Numbered from the whole stretch's first letter, positions 31,608 through 41,852 are shown. The stretch is DNA of 63,994 nt, filler included, from Acidimicrobiia bacterium (GCA_046759765.1; 4 parts of 4 records of this genome joined end to end with filler, not necessarily neighbours in it), one strand, 5' to 3'. A program made the numbers and translations. Notes: a model not told the origin generated them from the sequence alone.

Positions 31608-32501
31608 ATGATGAACCGCAGGCCCCGGGCGGACTTCGCTACGCAGATGATGATCGGCCTCGTCATTGTCTCGTTCCTGGCGATGACGTTCGATATCCAA
31701 ACCTCCGGCGAAGGTCTCCCGGGGACGCTTCGATCCGGTGCCCAGCGCCTGTTCGCTCCTCTGCAGACCGTCGCGGCCACGGTCGTTGACCCGGTCGTCG
31801 ACTTCGTTGATGGCGTCGCCAACCTGGCAGGTCTCCGAGAGGAGAATGCGGCGCTGCGAGAGACGATCGCGGAGCTCCAAGATGACCTTGCCCGAGTGCA
31901 GGTGGACGCCAATGAGCTGGGCTCGTTGCAAGCACTCCTGAGCCTCCAGCTTCCGGACGCAACCCTGGCGACGACCTATGCCCGGGTAGTCGCGGGCGGC
32001 GACACCTTCGACCTGGCCTTCACCATCGACAAAGGTGTCGACCACGGCGTACTCATCGGCAATCCGGTGGTGGACAGCATGGGTCATCTGGTTGGGACGG
32101 TCGTCGATTCCTTCGCTCAGACTGCCTTGGTGGCGCCCCTCACCGATCCCCAAGTAGCGGTCCCGTTCGTGACCGCCGGCGGCCTGCGAGGGTTCACGCA
32201 GGGCCTGGGTCAAGGGCTTCGGTTGACGATTCTCGAAGCCGAGCAACCAGTGCTCGCGGACGAGCTCCTGCTCACAGCCGGCAGCGACAGATATCCGCCG
32301 AATCTCCCCGTCGGTACCGTCTCGGCCTCGGTGCTCCCGGAGACCGGGACTCGGGTCATTCGGGTGGAGGCGAGCCCGCTCGTGGAGCTCGACCGGCTTC
32401 GTTTCGTCGTTGTCGTGCAGTGGCCGGTTGCCGAAAAGCCTGAGCCGGTCGTTACCACCCCCGAGCCGGTGGGCACGGAGGAGAACAACGGGACGGGATG
32501 A
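31608..32501 (+). CDS. mreC: Rod shape-determining protein MreC
   Basis: N-terminal TM, LREENAALR coiled coil, IDKG..HGV; synteny. Confidence 0.9.
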   Translation: MMNRRPRADFATQMMIGLVIVSFLAMTFDIQTSGEGLPGTLRSGAQRLFAPLQTVAATVVDPVVDFVDGVANLAGLREENAALRETIAELQDDLARVQVDANELGSLQALLSLQLPDATLATTYARVVAGGDTFDLAFTIDKGVDHGVLIGNPVVDSMGHLVGTVVDSFAQTALVAPLTDPQVAVPFVTAGGLRGFTQGLGQGLRLTILEAEQPVLADELLLTAGSDRYPPNLPVGTVSASVLPETGTRVIRVEASPLVELDRLRFVVVVQWPVAEKPEPVVTTPEPVGTEENNGTG

Positions 32502-33004
32502 GCTCCACCCGGCAAATACTCATCTCTCTGGGGGCAGTTCTGGTCGCCGTGCTGATCCAGACCACGCTCTTTCGGCGCGTACAGCCGTACGGTGTGGCTC
32601 CCGACCTCGTACTCCTCGTCGTCATAGGCGCAGCTCGTTGGCTCGATCCCGAACCGGCGGTTCTGCTGGGATTTACCGGCGGCCTGCTGCTCGATCTACT
32701 CGGTTCGACACCCCTGGGCCTTCGAGCCCTGGTCATGACCCTGGTGGCCTTCGGAACGCTGCGATTCCGTAGGTACTTCGAGGAGAATCCGATCACCCTC
32801 CTGGGCGCCATCGGTGCACTGTCGCTGGTAGGTGTGCTCCTTCTGGCGGTAATAGGAACGCTGTTCGGAGAACGAACCTTCTCAGACGTCGATGTGTGGC
32901 GACGGATCGTGCTCGTTCCGGCCTACAACGTAATCGCGGGGATCGTAGTGCTTCCCCTTCTCACCCGGCTGCTCCGGCCAGTCCGGACCCGAGGAGTGAT
33001 GTGA
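32498..33004 (+). CDS. mreD: Rod shape-determining protein MreD
   Basis: PDLVLL, GFTGGLLLD; synteny. Confidence 0.9.
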   Translation: MSSTRQILISLGAVLVAVLIQTTLFRRVQPYGVAPDLVLLVVIGAARWLDPEPAVLLGFTGGLLLDLLGSTPLGLRALVMTLVAFGTLRFRRYFEENPITLLGAIGALSLVGVLLLAVIGTLFGERTFSDVDVWRRIVLVPAYNVIAGIVVLPLLTRLLRPVRTRGVM

Positions 33005-34962
33005 GGTTCGGGTGGCGGCTGGCCGCCCTCGGAGTTCTGTTCATTGCAATGTTCGGCGTGCTGTTCACCAGGCTGTGGTATGTCCAGGTGGCCGCGGGCG
33101 AGTTCTATGCGGTCCAGGCCGAGGACCAGGCCATCGATGTGCAGCTCACCTCGGCCCCGCGCGGGATGATCGTCGACCGAAACGGCAACGTGCTGGCCAG
33201 AAGTCGGTTTGACCTCGGGCTGCTCGTCGATCGGCGTCAGATACCGGTGGAAGACGAGCCAGAGGTCATCCAGGTTCTCGCTGCTTTCACCGACATCGCT
33301 CCTGCTGATGTGGCCTCGCGGTTCGAGGTCGAAGGCTCAGGAGCGAGGTTTGTGCTCACGACTGTGGATCAGGAAACCGCCTTCCGGATCTTGGAACGGC
33401 GGGCTTCGTTGCCGGGAATCTCGATCGAGGAAGTCCCGGTTCGTGTATATGAGCTGGGCGAGGCCGGCACCCTGATGGCCCACGTCATCGGGCACGTAGG
33501 ACTTCCGTCCCCGGAAGACGTCGAGGCCAATCCCGGTATCGATCGCCGGGCACCGGTAGGGAAGAACGGAATCGAGCTCCAGTACGACGAGGCGCTCCGG
33601 GGCACGCAGGGGTTCTTCGTCTATGAGAACTTCGACGGCAACCTCGTCGAGACGAGAGCAGAAGCTGCTCGACCTGGTTCCACTGTCGTCCTGACTATCG
33701 ACTCCGAGCTCCAGAGGTTGGCCGAGAAGGCCCTCGGTGAGGGAATCGACCTCGCTCGCGGGATCACGGAAACGGAGAACGAAGAGCGGCTGAGCGTGGG
33801 GGAGGACCCCCGCCCCCTCCCCGAGCGCGGAGCCGTTGTTGTCCTCGATCCCAATGACTTTGCGGTCCTGGCGATGGCATCGCATCCGGCCTTCGCACCC
33901 CAAGACTGGGTGGGCGGCATCACGAATGAGCGCCTCGAGGAGCTCCGGGCGGCGCGGGCGCTCAACAATCTGGCGATCCAAGCTCAGGTACCGCCCGCCT
34001 CGACTTTCAAAGCAGTCACTTACGTAACGGCGATGGAGACCAATGTCTTTGCCCGCTCGGCCTCCGCCAACACTCCCTCGGGTGACATCGTCTGTAGCGG
34101 CCGACTCGTTGCCGACTTCACTGACGGAAGCCAGCTGGGATGGAATGACTGGAGACCCAGCGGCCATGGCACACAAGACATACACGCCGCCTTCGGCGAC
34201 TCCTGCAACATCTACTTCTGGGAAGTGGCTCTCAACATCTGGGATCAGCACAAAACCACCGATCAGGAGAACCTGATTCAGGACTTTGCTCGGGAGTTTG
34301 GCTTCGGGGCCCCGACGGGGGTCGACTTGCCCTTTGAGGCCTCAGGTCGAGTACCCGACCGCGAGCTTTTTGAGCAGTGGGCACGCGACGGAGATCCCCG
34401 GCTCGATCCGAGTCGTATCGTGCCCGGCCAGAGCGTCTGGTATGGGGGCGACCTTCTGCTGTTGGCCGTAGGGCAGGGAGCGATGGTGGCAACGCCGCTG
34501 CAGCTGGCCACCTCATACGGGGCCATGGTCAACGGAGGAACAGTCGGAGTGCCCTACGTCGTCAAGGAGATCCAGGACATCGACGGCACGGTCATCTCCA
34601 AGTCTGTACCCCAGACCGCAGGGCAGGTGGGCCTTTCTGAGGAGACGGTCTCGTTCCTGCAGGCTGATCTGGCCCGCGTAGCCAACGACGGGACGGCCGA
34701 GTTCGCCTTCGCCGACTTCGGCCCCGGCCGGGAGCAGGTAGGCGGCAAGACCGGAAGCGCCCAGATCGGCGCCGGTCGCAACAGCCACGCCTGGTTTGTC
34801 GGGGTGGCCCCCGTTCGAAGTCCTCGCTACGTGGTGGTGGTGTTCATCGAAGAGGGCGGCAGCGGCGGCAGGGTGGCAGCCCCGGTCGCCAAGGTGATCC
34901 TGCAGCACCTGATGGGCGTGCCGGTGACCGAGGTCAGCGAGGGCGGAACGGATACGGACTGA
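33001..34962 (+). CDS. mrdA: Penicillin-binding protein 2
   Basis: PRGMIVDRNG, STFK, SCN, KTG motifs; GTG start overlapping the mreD stop. Confidence 0.92.
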   Translation: MRFGWRLAALGVLFIAMFGVLFTRLWYVQVAAGEFYAVQAEDQAIDVQLTSAPRGMIVDRNGNVLARSRFDLGLLVDRRQIPVEDEPEVIQVLAAFTDIAPADVASRFEVEGSGARFVLTTVDQETAFRILERRASLPGISIEEVPVRVYELGEAGTLMAHVIGHVGLPSPEDVEANPGIDRRAPVGKNGIELQYDEALRGTQGFFVYENFDGNLVETRAEAARPGSTVVLTIDSELQRLAEKALGEGIDLARGITETENEERLSVGEDPRPLPERGAVVVLDPNDFAVLAMASHPAFAPQDWVGGITNERLEELRAARALNNLAIQAQVPPASTFKAVTYVTAMETNVFARSASANTPSGDIVCSGRLVADFTDGSQLGWNDWRPSGHGTQDIHAAFGDSCNIYFWEVALNIWDQHKTTDQENLIQDFAREFGFGAPTGVDLPFEASGRVPDRELFEQWARDGDPRLDPSRIVPGQSVWYGGDLLLLAVGQGAMVATPLQLATSYGAMVNGGTVGVPYVVKEIQDIDGTVISKSVPQTAGQVGLSEETVSFLQADLARVANDGTAEFAFADFGPGREQVGGKTGSAQIGAGRNSHAWFVGVAPVRSPRYVVVVFIEEGGSGGRVAAPVAKVILQHLMGVPVTEVSEGGTDTD

Positions 34963-36122
34963 TGAGCACACTCACACTCGACCGAGATCTCCTTGATGAC
35001 GGGAAGGTCCGTCCGCGTCCTGATCTCATCTCACTGCTCACCATGCTGGCGCTCTCGGCGTTTGGCGTGCTGATGATCTACACGGCTTCTCGCCATCGGC
35101 TCGCGCTGGAGGGCGTTGATCCGGCCTCGACCATGAAGAAGCAGCTGCTCTTCGTGGCGATCGGACTGATCGTCTACCTGCTGGCGTCATACATCGACTA
35201 CCGGGAGTACCGCCACTACGCCAGCTACATCTTTCTCGGGATGGTCATCCTGTTGCTCGGGGTCCTGTTCGCGGAACCGACCCAGGGGGCGTCCCGATGG
35301 ATCCCGATCGGGCCCTTCCAGTTTCAGCCGAGCGAGTTCGCCAAGCTGGCGATAATTCTGGTCCTGGCCACACTGCTGGCGCCGGCCCGCCGAGAGGGCA
35401 TGACGTGGCAGCGCGTGGGCGCGGCGGTCGCAATCACTGCCATTCCCGCCTTCCTGATCTACCGACAGCCCGACGTCGGCACGATGCTGGTGTTCGGCTT
35501 CATCGTCGGGATCATGCTCTTCGCGGCCGGCGCGACCCTGCGTCAACTGCTGGTGCTGGTGGCGGGTGCCACAGTCGGCATTGTTGCGGTGGTTCGGCTC
35601 GGACTGCTCGAGCGCTATCAAGTTGAAAGGCTTTCGAGCTTCCTCAACCCCGAGGCGGATGCCCTCGGCTCCGGCTACAACCTCCTCCAGAGCGAGACCG
35701 CCATCGGAAGCGGGCGGATCTTTGGCAACGGGCTTTTCAGCGGCACTCAGACCAACCTCAGCTTCATACCGTCGCAGCCGACTGACTTCATCTTCACAGC
35801 CGTGGGCGAGCAGCTCGGGTTCGTCGGCGCCATCGTTGTCCTGGCCGCGTTCGCCATCCTGATGTGGCGACTCTTTCGCGCGGCAGCCGCTTCCAGGGAC
35901 CGGTACGGATCCCTCGTATGCATTGGAGTAGCAGGCATGCTGATGTTCCACGTCTTCGTGAACATCGGGATGACGGTGAGGATCATGCCGGTGACCGGGC
36001 TGCCGCTGCCTCTGCTCAGTTCCGGAGGCTCCTTCTACCTGACCGTGGCTTTCGCCCTCGGGGTGGCGAACTCGGTGTTGATGCGGCGCTCGCCTGTCCC
36101 GGGGGAGACGTACATCCTCTGA
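34962..36122 (+). CDS. rodA: Rod shape-determining protein RodA
   Basis: QPSEFAK, QPDVGT, TDFIF, MPVTGLPLP. Confidence 0.93.
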   Translation: MSTLTLDRDLLDDGKVRPRPDLISLLTMLALSAFGVLMIYTASRHRLALEGVDPASTMKKQLLFVAIGLIVYLLASYIDYREYRHYASYIFLGMVILLLGVLFAEPTQGASRWIPIGPFQFQPSEFAKLAIILVLATLLAPARREGMTWQRVGAAVAITAIPAFLIYRQPDVGTMLVFGFIVGIMLFAAGATLRQLLVLVAGATVGIVAVVRLGLLERYQVERLSSFLNPEADALGSGYNLLQSETAIGSGRIFGNGLFSGTQTNLSFIPSQPTDFIFTAVGEQLGFVGAIVVLAAFAILMWRLFRAAAASRDRYGSLVCIGVAGMLMFHVFVNIGMTVRIMPVTGLPLPLLSSGGSFYLTVAFALGVANSVLMRRSPVPGETYIL

Positions 36123-36139
36123 GCCTGCGGCTCAGAGGA

Positions 36140-36243
36140 GCTGTCAGCAATAAGCCGTCAGCCGTCAGTTCTAAGAAACCGCGTTCTAGCGCTGACGGAC
36201 CGCCGCCAGGTACCGTGCCGACTGATTGCTGATTGCTGATTGC
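36140..36243. repeat. Inverted arrays of degenerate 7-bp tandem repeats
   Basis: GCTGTCA/GCAATAA/GCCGTCA/GCCGTCA on the left; TGATTGC x3 on the right. Confidence 0.75.
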
Positions 36244-36261
36244 TAAGGAGCGAAGCGACTC

Positions 36262-36843
36262 ATGTACCGCCGCGGTGAGCGAGGCTGGATCGAGGTCATC
36301 ATCGGCCCGATGTTCTCGGGGAAGAGCGAAGAGCTGATCAGAAGGGTGACGCGCTCCAAGATCGCCCGGGTTCCCACGCAGACGTTCAAGCCCATGGTCG
36401 ACGATCGCTACTCCTCCAGTGAGGTCGTATCTCACAGCTCGTTGGCGACTGAAGCGCAGCCGGTCAAGAGCTCAGACGAGCTGCTGCGGAGCGTTGACGA
36501 GTCGACGGTCGTGATCGGAATCGATGAGGGCCAGTTCTTCGATGAAGGCTTGGTCGAGGTAGCAGAAACACTCGCCGCCGCCGGCAAACAGGTGATTGTG
36601 GCCGGTCTCGACACCGACTATCTGCGGCGTCCGTTTGGTCCCATTCCCGCGCTCACGGGGCGGGCCGAATACGTCTCGAAGATGCTGGCTGTGTGCCACC
36701 GCTGCGGATCGCCGGCGCTCTACACCCAACGGATCGCCGAGTCAGACGAACTCGTAGTGATCGGGGCGACGGACTCCTACGAGGCGCGTTGCCGAGCCTG
36801 CTACGACCCCACCGAGGCCCGGCAGGAGAAGCTGGGAATTTAG
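36262..36843 (+). CDS. tdk: Thymidine kinase
   Basis: [23 protein letters not shown], CxxC...YEARCRAC. Confidence 0.95.
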   Translation: MYRRGERGWIEVIIGPMFSGKSEELIRRVTRSKIARVPTQTFKPMVDDRYSSSEVVSHSSLATEAQPVKSSDELLRSVDESTVVIGIDEGQFFDEGLVEVAETLAAAGKQVIVAGLDTDYLRRPFGPIPALTGRAEYVSKMLAVCHRCGSPALYTQRIAESDELVVIGATDSYEARCRACYDPTEARQEKLGI

Positions 36844-37017
36844 CTGTCAGCTGTCAGCTTTCAGCCGTCGGTGCCCTCCCCCTACTCGCAGGGCGGAGCA
36901 CCTTATTTCCTCCCCCAGCGGAGCGCGCGGAGCTGGGGGAGGTGCCGAGCGGAGCGAGGCGGAGGGGTCAGGTGGCCCGAAAGGGCCGGAGGGGGTCTAC
37001 TGGTAGCTGAGAGCTAT
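36842..37017. repeat. Heptamer repeats enclosing nested REP/MITE-like palindromes
   Basis: AGCTGTC x2 + AGCTTTC + AGCCGTC; CCTCCCCC...GGGGGAGGTG...CGGAGGGG elements; TGGTAGC TGAGAGC on the right. Confidence 0.65.
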
Positions 37018-37233
37018 CTGGGCATCCGGCCGAGAGCATTGACATCCCTGCTACTGTGAGTGGTGTCGCGGTGATCGCGGCACCCTCCGAGGGAGATATA
37101 GTGAGTTTCTGGCGTCCATTCTCAATCGTCGGGAATGCGCGCCGGCACCCCGGCCCCATACGGGCGGCGCAACGGCTTCCGCTGTCGCATGCCGCCTCGG
37201 GCCGGATACCTCAGATACAAGGAGTTCAGCTTT

Positions 37234-38742
37234 ATGAGTTTGAAGCGCAAGAAGAGCCCCGTCGTGATACGAAAGGGCTCTGGATCGGAGATTACCGAGT
37301 GGACCACCCGACGGGTCGGAAAGGAGACCGTCGAGGTTCGCAGGGTGCGGGAGGCGGATCGGCCCGCTGAGAGAAAGAAGCCCCGCGCCAAGAGCAACGG
37401 GAAGCAGCGGCGGAAGCCGCCCCCGCGGAAGCCTCCTCAATTCGTAGAAGAGGAGCTGATAGTCCCACCCGAGACCGAGCGTAAGCAGATGCTCGTCCGG
37501 GTGAGGCCCCACCAGACACAGATTGTGGTCCTTGAGGGCCCGGTGCTCGTTGAGCACTACGTGGCTCAGTCGGACCGCGAGTCCCTCATCGGGAACATCT
37601 ACGTCGGCAAGGTGCACAACGTCCTCCCCGGGATGGAGGCGGCGTTCGTGGACTTCGGTTCCTCCAAGAACGGCGTGCTCTACGCCAGCGACCTCCAGAC
37701 GGAAGGTCGGGCGGTTGTGAGGATCGAAGAGACTCTCTCGTCCGGTGACGAGGTCGTCGTCCAGGTGGTCAAGGACGCGATGGGTGCCAAAGGGGCCCGG
37801 CTGACGGCGGAGATCAGTCTTCCCGGGCGCTACCTCGTGCTGGTGCCCGACTCCGATGTCCACGGCATCTCGAGGAGGTTGCCCGAAGAGGTACGCGACC
37901 GGTTGCGGCAGATACTCAAAGAGCTGCGACCGAAGGGCTTTGGGGTGATCGTCCGGACAGCAGCCATGAGTGCCAGCAAGGAGGACATCAAATCTGACAT
38001 TCAAAGGCTGCTCGATCGTTGGGACGCCATCCAGAAAAAGAAGGCCGAGCAGGGTGAAGTTCCCAGGATTCTCTACGAGGAGCCGAGCCTTTTGATCAGA
38101 GTGATCAGAGAGCACTTCACGCCCGACTATCGCCGGCTGCTGATCGATGATCAGGCCGCCCATGAGAGCGTCGTGGCCTACCTCAGGGAAACTGCGCCAG
38201 AGCTGCTGCCGAAGGTCTCCCACTACCGGGACCAAATGCAACTATTCGAGCGTTTCCACGTCGAGGATCAGCTCCGTAAAGCACTCGATCGCAAGGTATG
38301 GCTCCCTTCCGGCGGACACCTGATCATCGACCTGACCGAGGCACTGACGGTGATCGACGTGAACACGGGCAAGTTCGTTGGATCGAGCAACCTCGAGGAA
38401 ACGGTCCTGCAGAACAACCTGGAGGCCGCGGAGGAGATCGGCCGCCAGCTTCGCCTGAGGGACATAGGCGGCATCATCGTGATCGACTTCATCGACATGG
38501 AGGAACCCAAGAATCAGTCGGCGGTTCTCCGGCGACTTCGAGAAACGCTGGCCAAGGACAAAACCCGGACCCAGGTGTTCGACGTCTCGAATCTCGGATT
38601 GGTGGAGATGACGAGGAAGAACGTCTCGGCCGGCTTGATCGAGTCTTTCTCTGAGGTCTGTCCGACGTGTAACGGACGTGGCGTGGTCCTGCACGAAGAA
38701 GCGGCCACTCAGGCGGTTCCCGTCGACCAGGACGACGACTGA
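37234..38742 (+). CDS. rne: Ribonuclease E/G
   Basis: GNIYVGKV..VLPGMEAAFVD S1 domain, IDVNTG, DIGGIIVIDFIDM, CPTC; AAGGAG RBS. Confidence 0.92.
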   Translation: MSLKRKKSPVVIRKGSGSEITEWTTRRVGKETVEVRRVREADRPAERKKPRAKSNGKQRRKPPPRKPPQFVEEELIVPPETERKQMLVRVRPHQTQIVVLEGPVLVEHYVAQSDRESLIGNIYVGKVHNVLPGMEAAFVDFGSSKNGVLYASDLQTEGRAVVRIEETLSSGDEVVVQVVKDAMGAKGARLTAEISLPGRYLVLVPDSDVHGISRRLPEEVRDRLRQILKELRPKGFGVIVRTAAMSASKEDIKSDIQRLLDRWDAIQKKKAEQGEVPRILYEEPSLLIRVIREHFTPDYRRLLIDDQAAHESVVAYLRETAPELLPKVSHYRDQMQLFERFHVEDQLRKALDRKVWLPSGGHLIIDLTEALTVIDVNTGKFVGSSNLEETVLQNNLEAAEEIGRQLRLRDIGGIIVIDFIDMEEPKNQSAVLRRLRETLAKDKTRTQVFDVSNLGLVEMTRKNVSAGLIESFSEVCPTCNGRGVVLHEEAATQAVPVDQDDD

Positions 38743-38767
38743 GGGCCGGTAGAGTTACACATTCGCC

Positions 38768-39142
38768 ATGTACGCCATCATCAGAACCGGGGGAAAGCAG
38801 GCCAAAGTCGCAGAAGGCGACGTCCTCGACGTGGAACGCCTCAAGGGCCAAAGCGACGATGTGTCATTCACGCCCCTGCTGGTCGTTAAGGATGACGGCT
38901 CAACCATCACGGGCCGGGACAAGCTGGCCAAGGTGAAGGTGAGCGCCAAGATTCTTGGTGAAACACAAGGCCCGAAGATCGATATTCTTAAGTACAAGCC
39001 AAAGACCGGTTATCGTCGAAGAGCCGGTCACCGGCAGCGTTATACGAGGATTCAGATCACCAAGATCCAGGTCCCCCAGCCGAGAGCCAAGAAAGCAGCC
39101 GCTCCTAAAGAAGGAAAGGCTGAGCCCGACAAGGAGAGCTAG
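38768..39142 (+). CDS. rplU: 50S ribosomal protein L21
   Basis: MYAII.TGGKQ.KV, GHRQRYT. Confidence 0.97.
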   Translation: MYAIIRTGGKQAKVAEGDVLDVERLKGQSDDVSFTPLLVVKDDGSTITGRDKLAKVKVSAKILGETQGPKIDILKYKPKTGYRRRAGHRQRYTRIQITKIQVPQPRAKKAAAPKEGKAEPDKES

Positions 39143-39144
39143 CA

Positions 39145-39396
39145 ATGTCAAAGACCAAAGCCGGAGGGTCGACGCGGAACGGCCGCGACTCTGCCGCCAA
39201 GCGGCTTGGACCCAAGGTCTTCGACGGCCAGGCCGTGTCCGCAGGAGCGATCCTTGTCCGCCAGCGCGGTACTCGGATTCACCCGGGCGAGAACGTCCGT
39301 CGCGGAGGCGACGACACCCTCTATGCCCTCACGGAAGGGACCGTCGCCTACTCATCCCGTAACGGCAGGCGTCTCGTCAACGTCCACCCCGACTGA
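39145..39396 (+). CDS. rpmA: 50S ribosomal protein L27
   Basis: [19 protein letters not shown]. Confidence 0.97.
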   Translation: MSKTKAGGSTRNGRDSAAKRLGPKVFDGQAVSAGAILVRQRGTRIHPGENVRRGGDDTLYALTEGTVAYSSRNGRRLVNVHPD

Positions 39397-39399
39397 TCT

Positions 39400-40647
39400 T
39401 TGTTCATAGACAGGGTTCGCGTCCATCTGCGGGCGGGCGCGGGCGGAGCTGGGGTCGTCAGCTTTCGTTCCCGGCGCGGTAGACCCAGGGGGAGGCCCGA
39501 AGGCGGATCGGGTGGCGACGGAGGGAACGTGGTGGCCCGTGTCTCGGAGCGGATGTCGACGCTGCTCACCTACACGGAGCATCCACATGCAGCCGCTGGA
39601 GATGGTGCACATGGCGGGCCAGACCTCCGCACGGGAGGGCGTGGCGATGATTACATCCTGGAGTTACCACCCGGAACGGTGGTCCGCGACTCGGATGGAA
39701 CGCTCATTGCCGATCTCGTGGAGCACAGACAGCAGGTAGAGCTGCTTCATGGTGGGCGAGGGGGAAGGGGCAACGCCGCGCTGGTTTCTGTCCGTAATCG
39801 AGCCCCGAACCACGCCGAGCAAGGTGAGTACGGAGAGGCGGGCTCATTCGACCTGGAGCTGAAGCTCGTCGCAGACGCGGCCATTGTTGGGTTTCCCAAC
39901 GCCGGCAAGAGCACTCTGATCTCGGCCGTGTCGGCTGCCAAGCCCAAGATCGCCGAGTATCCGTTCACGACGACCCGGCCCCACCTCGGTGTGGTCATGC
40001 TGGACGATCGGGAGCTGGTCTTGGCCGACATCCCGGGACTGATCGAAGGTGCCGCGGAAGGCAAGGGCCTGGGTCGTGAGTTCCTCCGGCACACCGAACG
40101 AGCTCGCGTTCTGCTGCTGTTGCTGGATCCAACCCAGGCTGTCTCGATATCGGAGCAGGATCGAGTCCTCTCGGCGGAGCTAGAGGAGTACTCGCCGGAG
40201 CTAGCTGCCCGAGCCCGGGTTGTGGCCGTCAACAAGACCGACGTTTTGGATCCAAGCTCCGAAGCAGCCGAGCTCGCACGGGCACAGGGCTTTGAGGTGC
40301 ACCTGATGTCGGCAGTGCGGGGTGACGGCCTGGCGGAGCTGGTCGGCGCGGTAGCAGATGCCGTGGAGCAGGCAGAGGCAGTGGCGCCAGATCGAGACGG
40401 GTACGTCCTGCATCGCCCTGTCGAGGAGACGTTCACCGTGGCGAAGGAGGACGACGTGTGGGTCGTGTCCGGCCGAGCCGCCTCTCGAGCCGTGCGGCTA
40501 TCGGATCTGACAGATCCCTCGGCCGCCTCCGAGGCCGCGCGCCGGCTGTCATCGCTGGGCGTCGACGAGGCGCTGCGTGCCGCCGGGGCCCAACCGGGTG
40601 ACGAGGTCCGGATTGGGGACCTGACGTTCGTCTTCGAGGAGGATTGA
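39400..40647 (+). CDS. obgE: GTPase Obg
   Basis: Gly-rich Obg fold, GFPNAGKS, YPFTT, DIPG, NKTD. Confidence 0.96.
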   Translation: MFIDRVRVHLRAGAGGAGVVSFRSRRGRPRGRPEGGSGGDGGNVVARVSERMSTLLTYTEHPHAAAGDGAHGGPDLRTGGRGDDYILELPPGTVVRDSDGTLIADLVEHRQQVELLHGGRGGRGNAALVSVRNRAPNHAEQGEYGEAGSFDLELKLVADAAIVGFPNAGKSTLISAVSAAKPKIAEYPFTTTRPHLGVVMLDDRELVLADIPGLIEGAAEGKGLGREFLRHTERARVLLLLLDPTQAVSISEQDRVLSAELEEYSPELAARARVVAVNKTDVLDPSSEAAELARAQGFEVHLMSAVRGDGLAELVGAVADAVEQAEAVAPDRDGYVLHRPVEETFTVAKEDDVWVVSGRAASRAVRLSDLTDPSAASEAARRLSSLGVDEALRAAGAQPGDEVRIGDLTFVFEED

Positions 40648-40649
40648 CC

Positions 40650-40699
40650 CGTTCTTGTGACGCTCACTACCCATACGGTCTCGAAACGACACAAGAACG
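40650..40699. repeat. About 50-bp REP-like palindromic element (copy 1)
   Basis: CGTTCTTGTGACG...CGACACAAGAACG arms; related copies at 41853 and 41918. Confidence 0.75.
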
Positions 40700-40701
40700 A
40701 T

Positions 40702-40764
40702 TCAGCGCCTCCACAGCTCCCGGGTGAACAGCAATAGCACAGGGAAGATCTCCAGCCTGCCGGC
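40702..40764 (-). CDS. TrkH-type potassium uptake protein, C-terminal fragment
   Basis: Reads AGRLEIFPVLLLFTRELWRR*; GRLE is the conserved TrkH C-terminal motif; not in the ORF track. Confidence 0.75.
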   Translation of the reverse strand, partial: AGRLEIFPVLLLFTRELWRR

Positions 40765-40864
40765 NNNNNNNNNNNNNNNNNNNNNNNNNNNNNNNNNNNN
40801 NNNNNNNNTTAATTAATTAANNNNNNNNNNNNNNNNNNNNNNNNNNNNNNNNNNNNNNNNNNNN
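40765..40864. other. Artificial contig linker
   Basis: N run with TTAATTAATTAA. Confidence 0.98.
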
Positions 40865-41239
40865 GGGTACAAGCAGGTTTGGAGGGTTTACGACCAAAGA
40901 GGACGGGCGACTGCAGATGTGCTTGCGCTCCGGGATGAGGACATTCAGTCGACCTCGGAGCTGCGGCTCTATCACCCGACGGACTACGGCGTGAGACGCC
41001 ACCTGACCCGCGAGGACATATCGTCCGCGGAGCTGATGCTCGGCACCGCTTTCGAAGGCGGCAAGCGCACGCAACCGGAGGCGCCGCTGGGAGAGCTCAG
41101 AGAGCGACGGATTCAGGATCTGGAGAGGCTGGACCCGGGCGTGCGTCGACTCGTCAATCCACACCGCTACCACGTCTCGCTCACTAGCCGGCTGTGGGAT
41201 CTGAGACAGGATCTCATCGAGCAAGCTCGCAGCAAGTGA
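40865..41239 (+). CDS. pncB: Nicotinate phosphoribosyltransferase, C-terminal fragment
   Basis: GYKQVWRVYD..G.ATAD..., RRLVNPHRYHVSL..RLWDL resembles the NAPRTase C-terminus. Confidence 0.75.
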   Translation, partial: GYKQVWRVYDQRGRATADVLALRDEDIQSTSELRLYHPTDYGVRRHLTREDISSAELMLGTAFEGGKRTQPEAPLGELRERRIQDLERLDPGVRRLVNPHRYHVSLTSRLWDLRQDLIEQARSK

Positions 41240-41493
41240 CGATGATCAACATCGAGGAGCATCGGGCCCCCGAGATAAAGCGAGGAGACCGCACTTACGT
41301 GCCCGTGGCGCGCACGTGGAGAGTCGGCTTCAGAGGCGGCGGATACTCTTACACGGTCCCACATCGCATCGAAGTTGCAAGCCCCGGAAAGGAAACCGAA
41401 TGGATTCGAATCCCGGATCCCCAACGAGTGATCAAGTTGGTGGCCGGTCTCGTAATGGGTCTGGGTCTGGCTCGGCGACTAATGAAGGGATGA
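41236..41493 (+). CDS. Hypothetical protein with C-terminal hydrophobic segment
   Basis: GTGA/ATGA overlaps with both neighbours. Confidence 0.6.
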   Translation: MTMINIEEHRAPEIKRGDRTYVPVARTWRVGFRGGGYSYTVPHRIEVASPGKETEWIRIPDPQRVIKLVAGLVMGLGLARRLMKG

Positions 41494-41849
41494 AGATGGA
41501 AACCATTGACGAGATCTCGAGCGGAGTTCAGGAAGGGTTCGACCGGCTGATCGGCGGCCTGTCGGCAGAGGCGGTCTTCGGTGCTCCTCAAGAGATAGGG
41601 GAGCGCATCGTCTTCACAGCCGCGGCCATCGAGCGGATGGGGGGCTTCGGATTTGGCGGCGGCTTCGATGAGTCCGCCGGCGGAGGAGGAGGCGGCGGCG
41701 GAGGTGGCCGGGCCGAAGGACGGCCCGTTGCGGTCATCGAGATCGACGACGCCGGCGTCCGAATACAGCCCGTAATCGACGTGACTCGCATCGGCGTGAC
41801 GGTGGCACTGGCGCTGTTGGCGCTCCTGAAGGGTGGCCGCGGCGGTTGA
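41490..41849 (+). CDS. YtfJ/GerW-like protein
   Basis: VFGAP...GGFGFGGG...GGGGGG...PVAVI pattern. Confidence 0.7.
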   Translation: MKMETIDEISSGVQEGFDRLIGGLSAEAVFGAPQEIGERIVFTAAAIERMGGFGFGGGFDESAGGGGGGGGGGRAEGRPVAVIEIDDAGVRIQPVIDVTRIGVTVALALLALLKGGRGG

Positions 41850-41852
41850 CAT

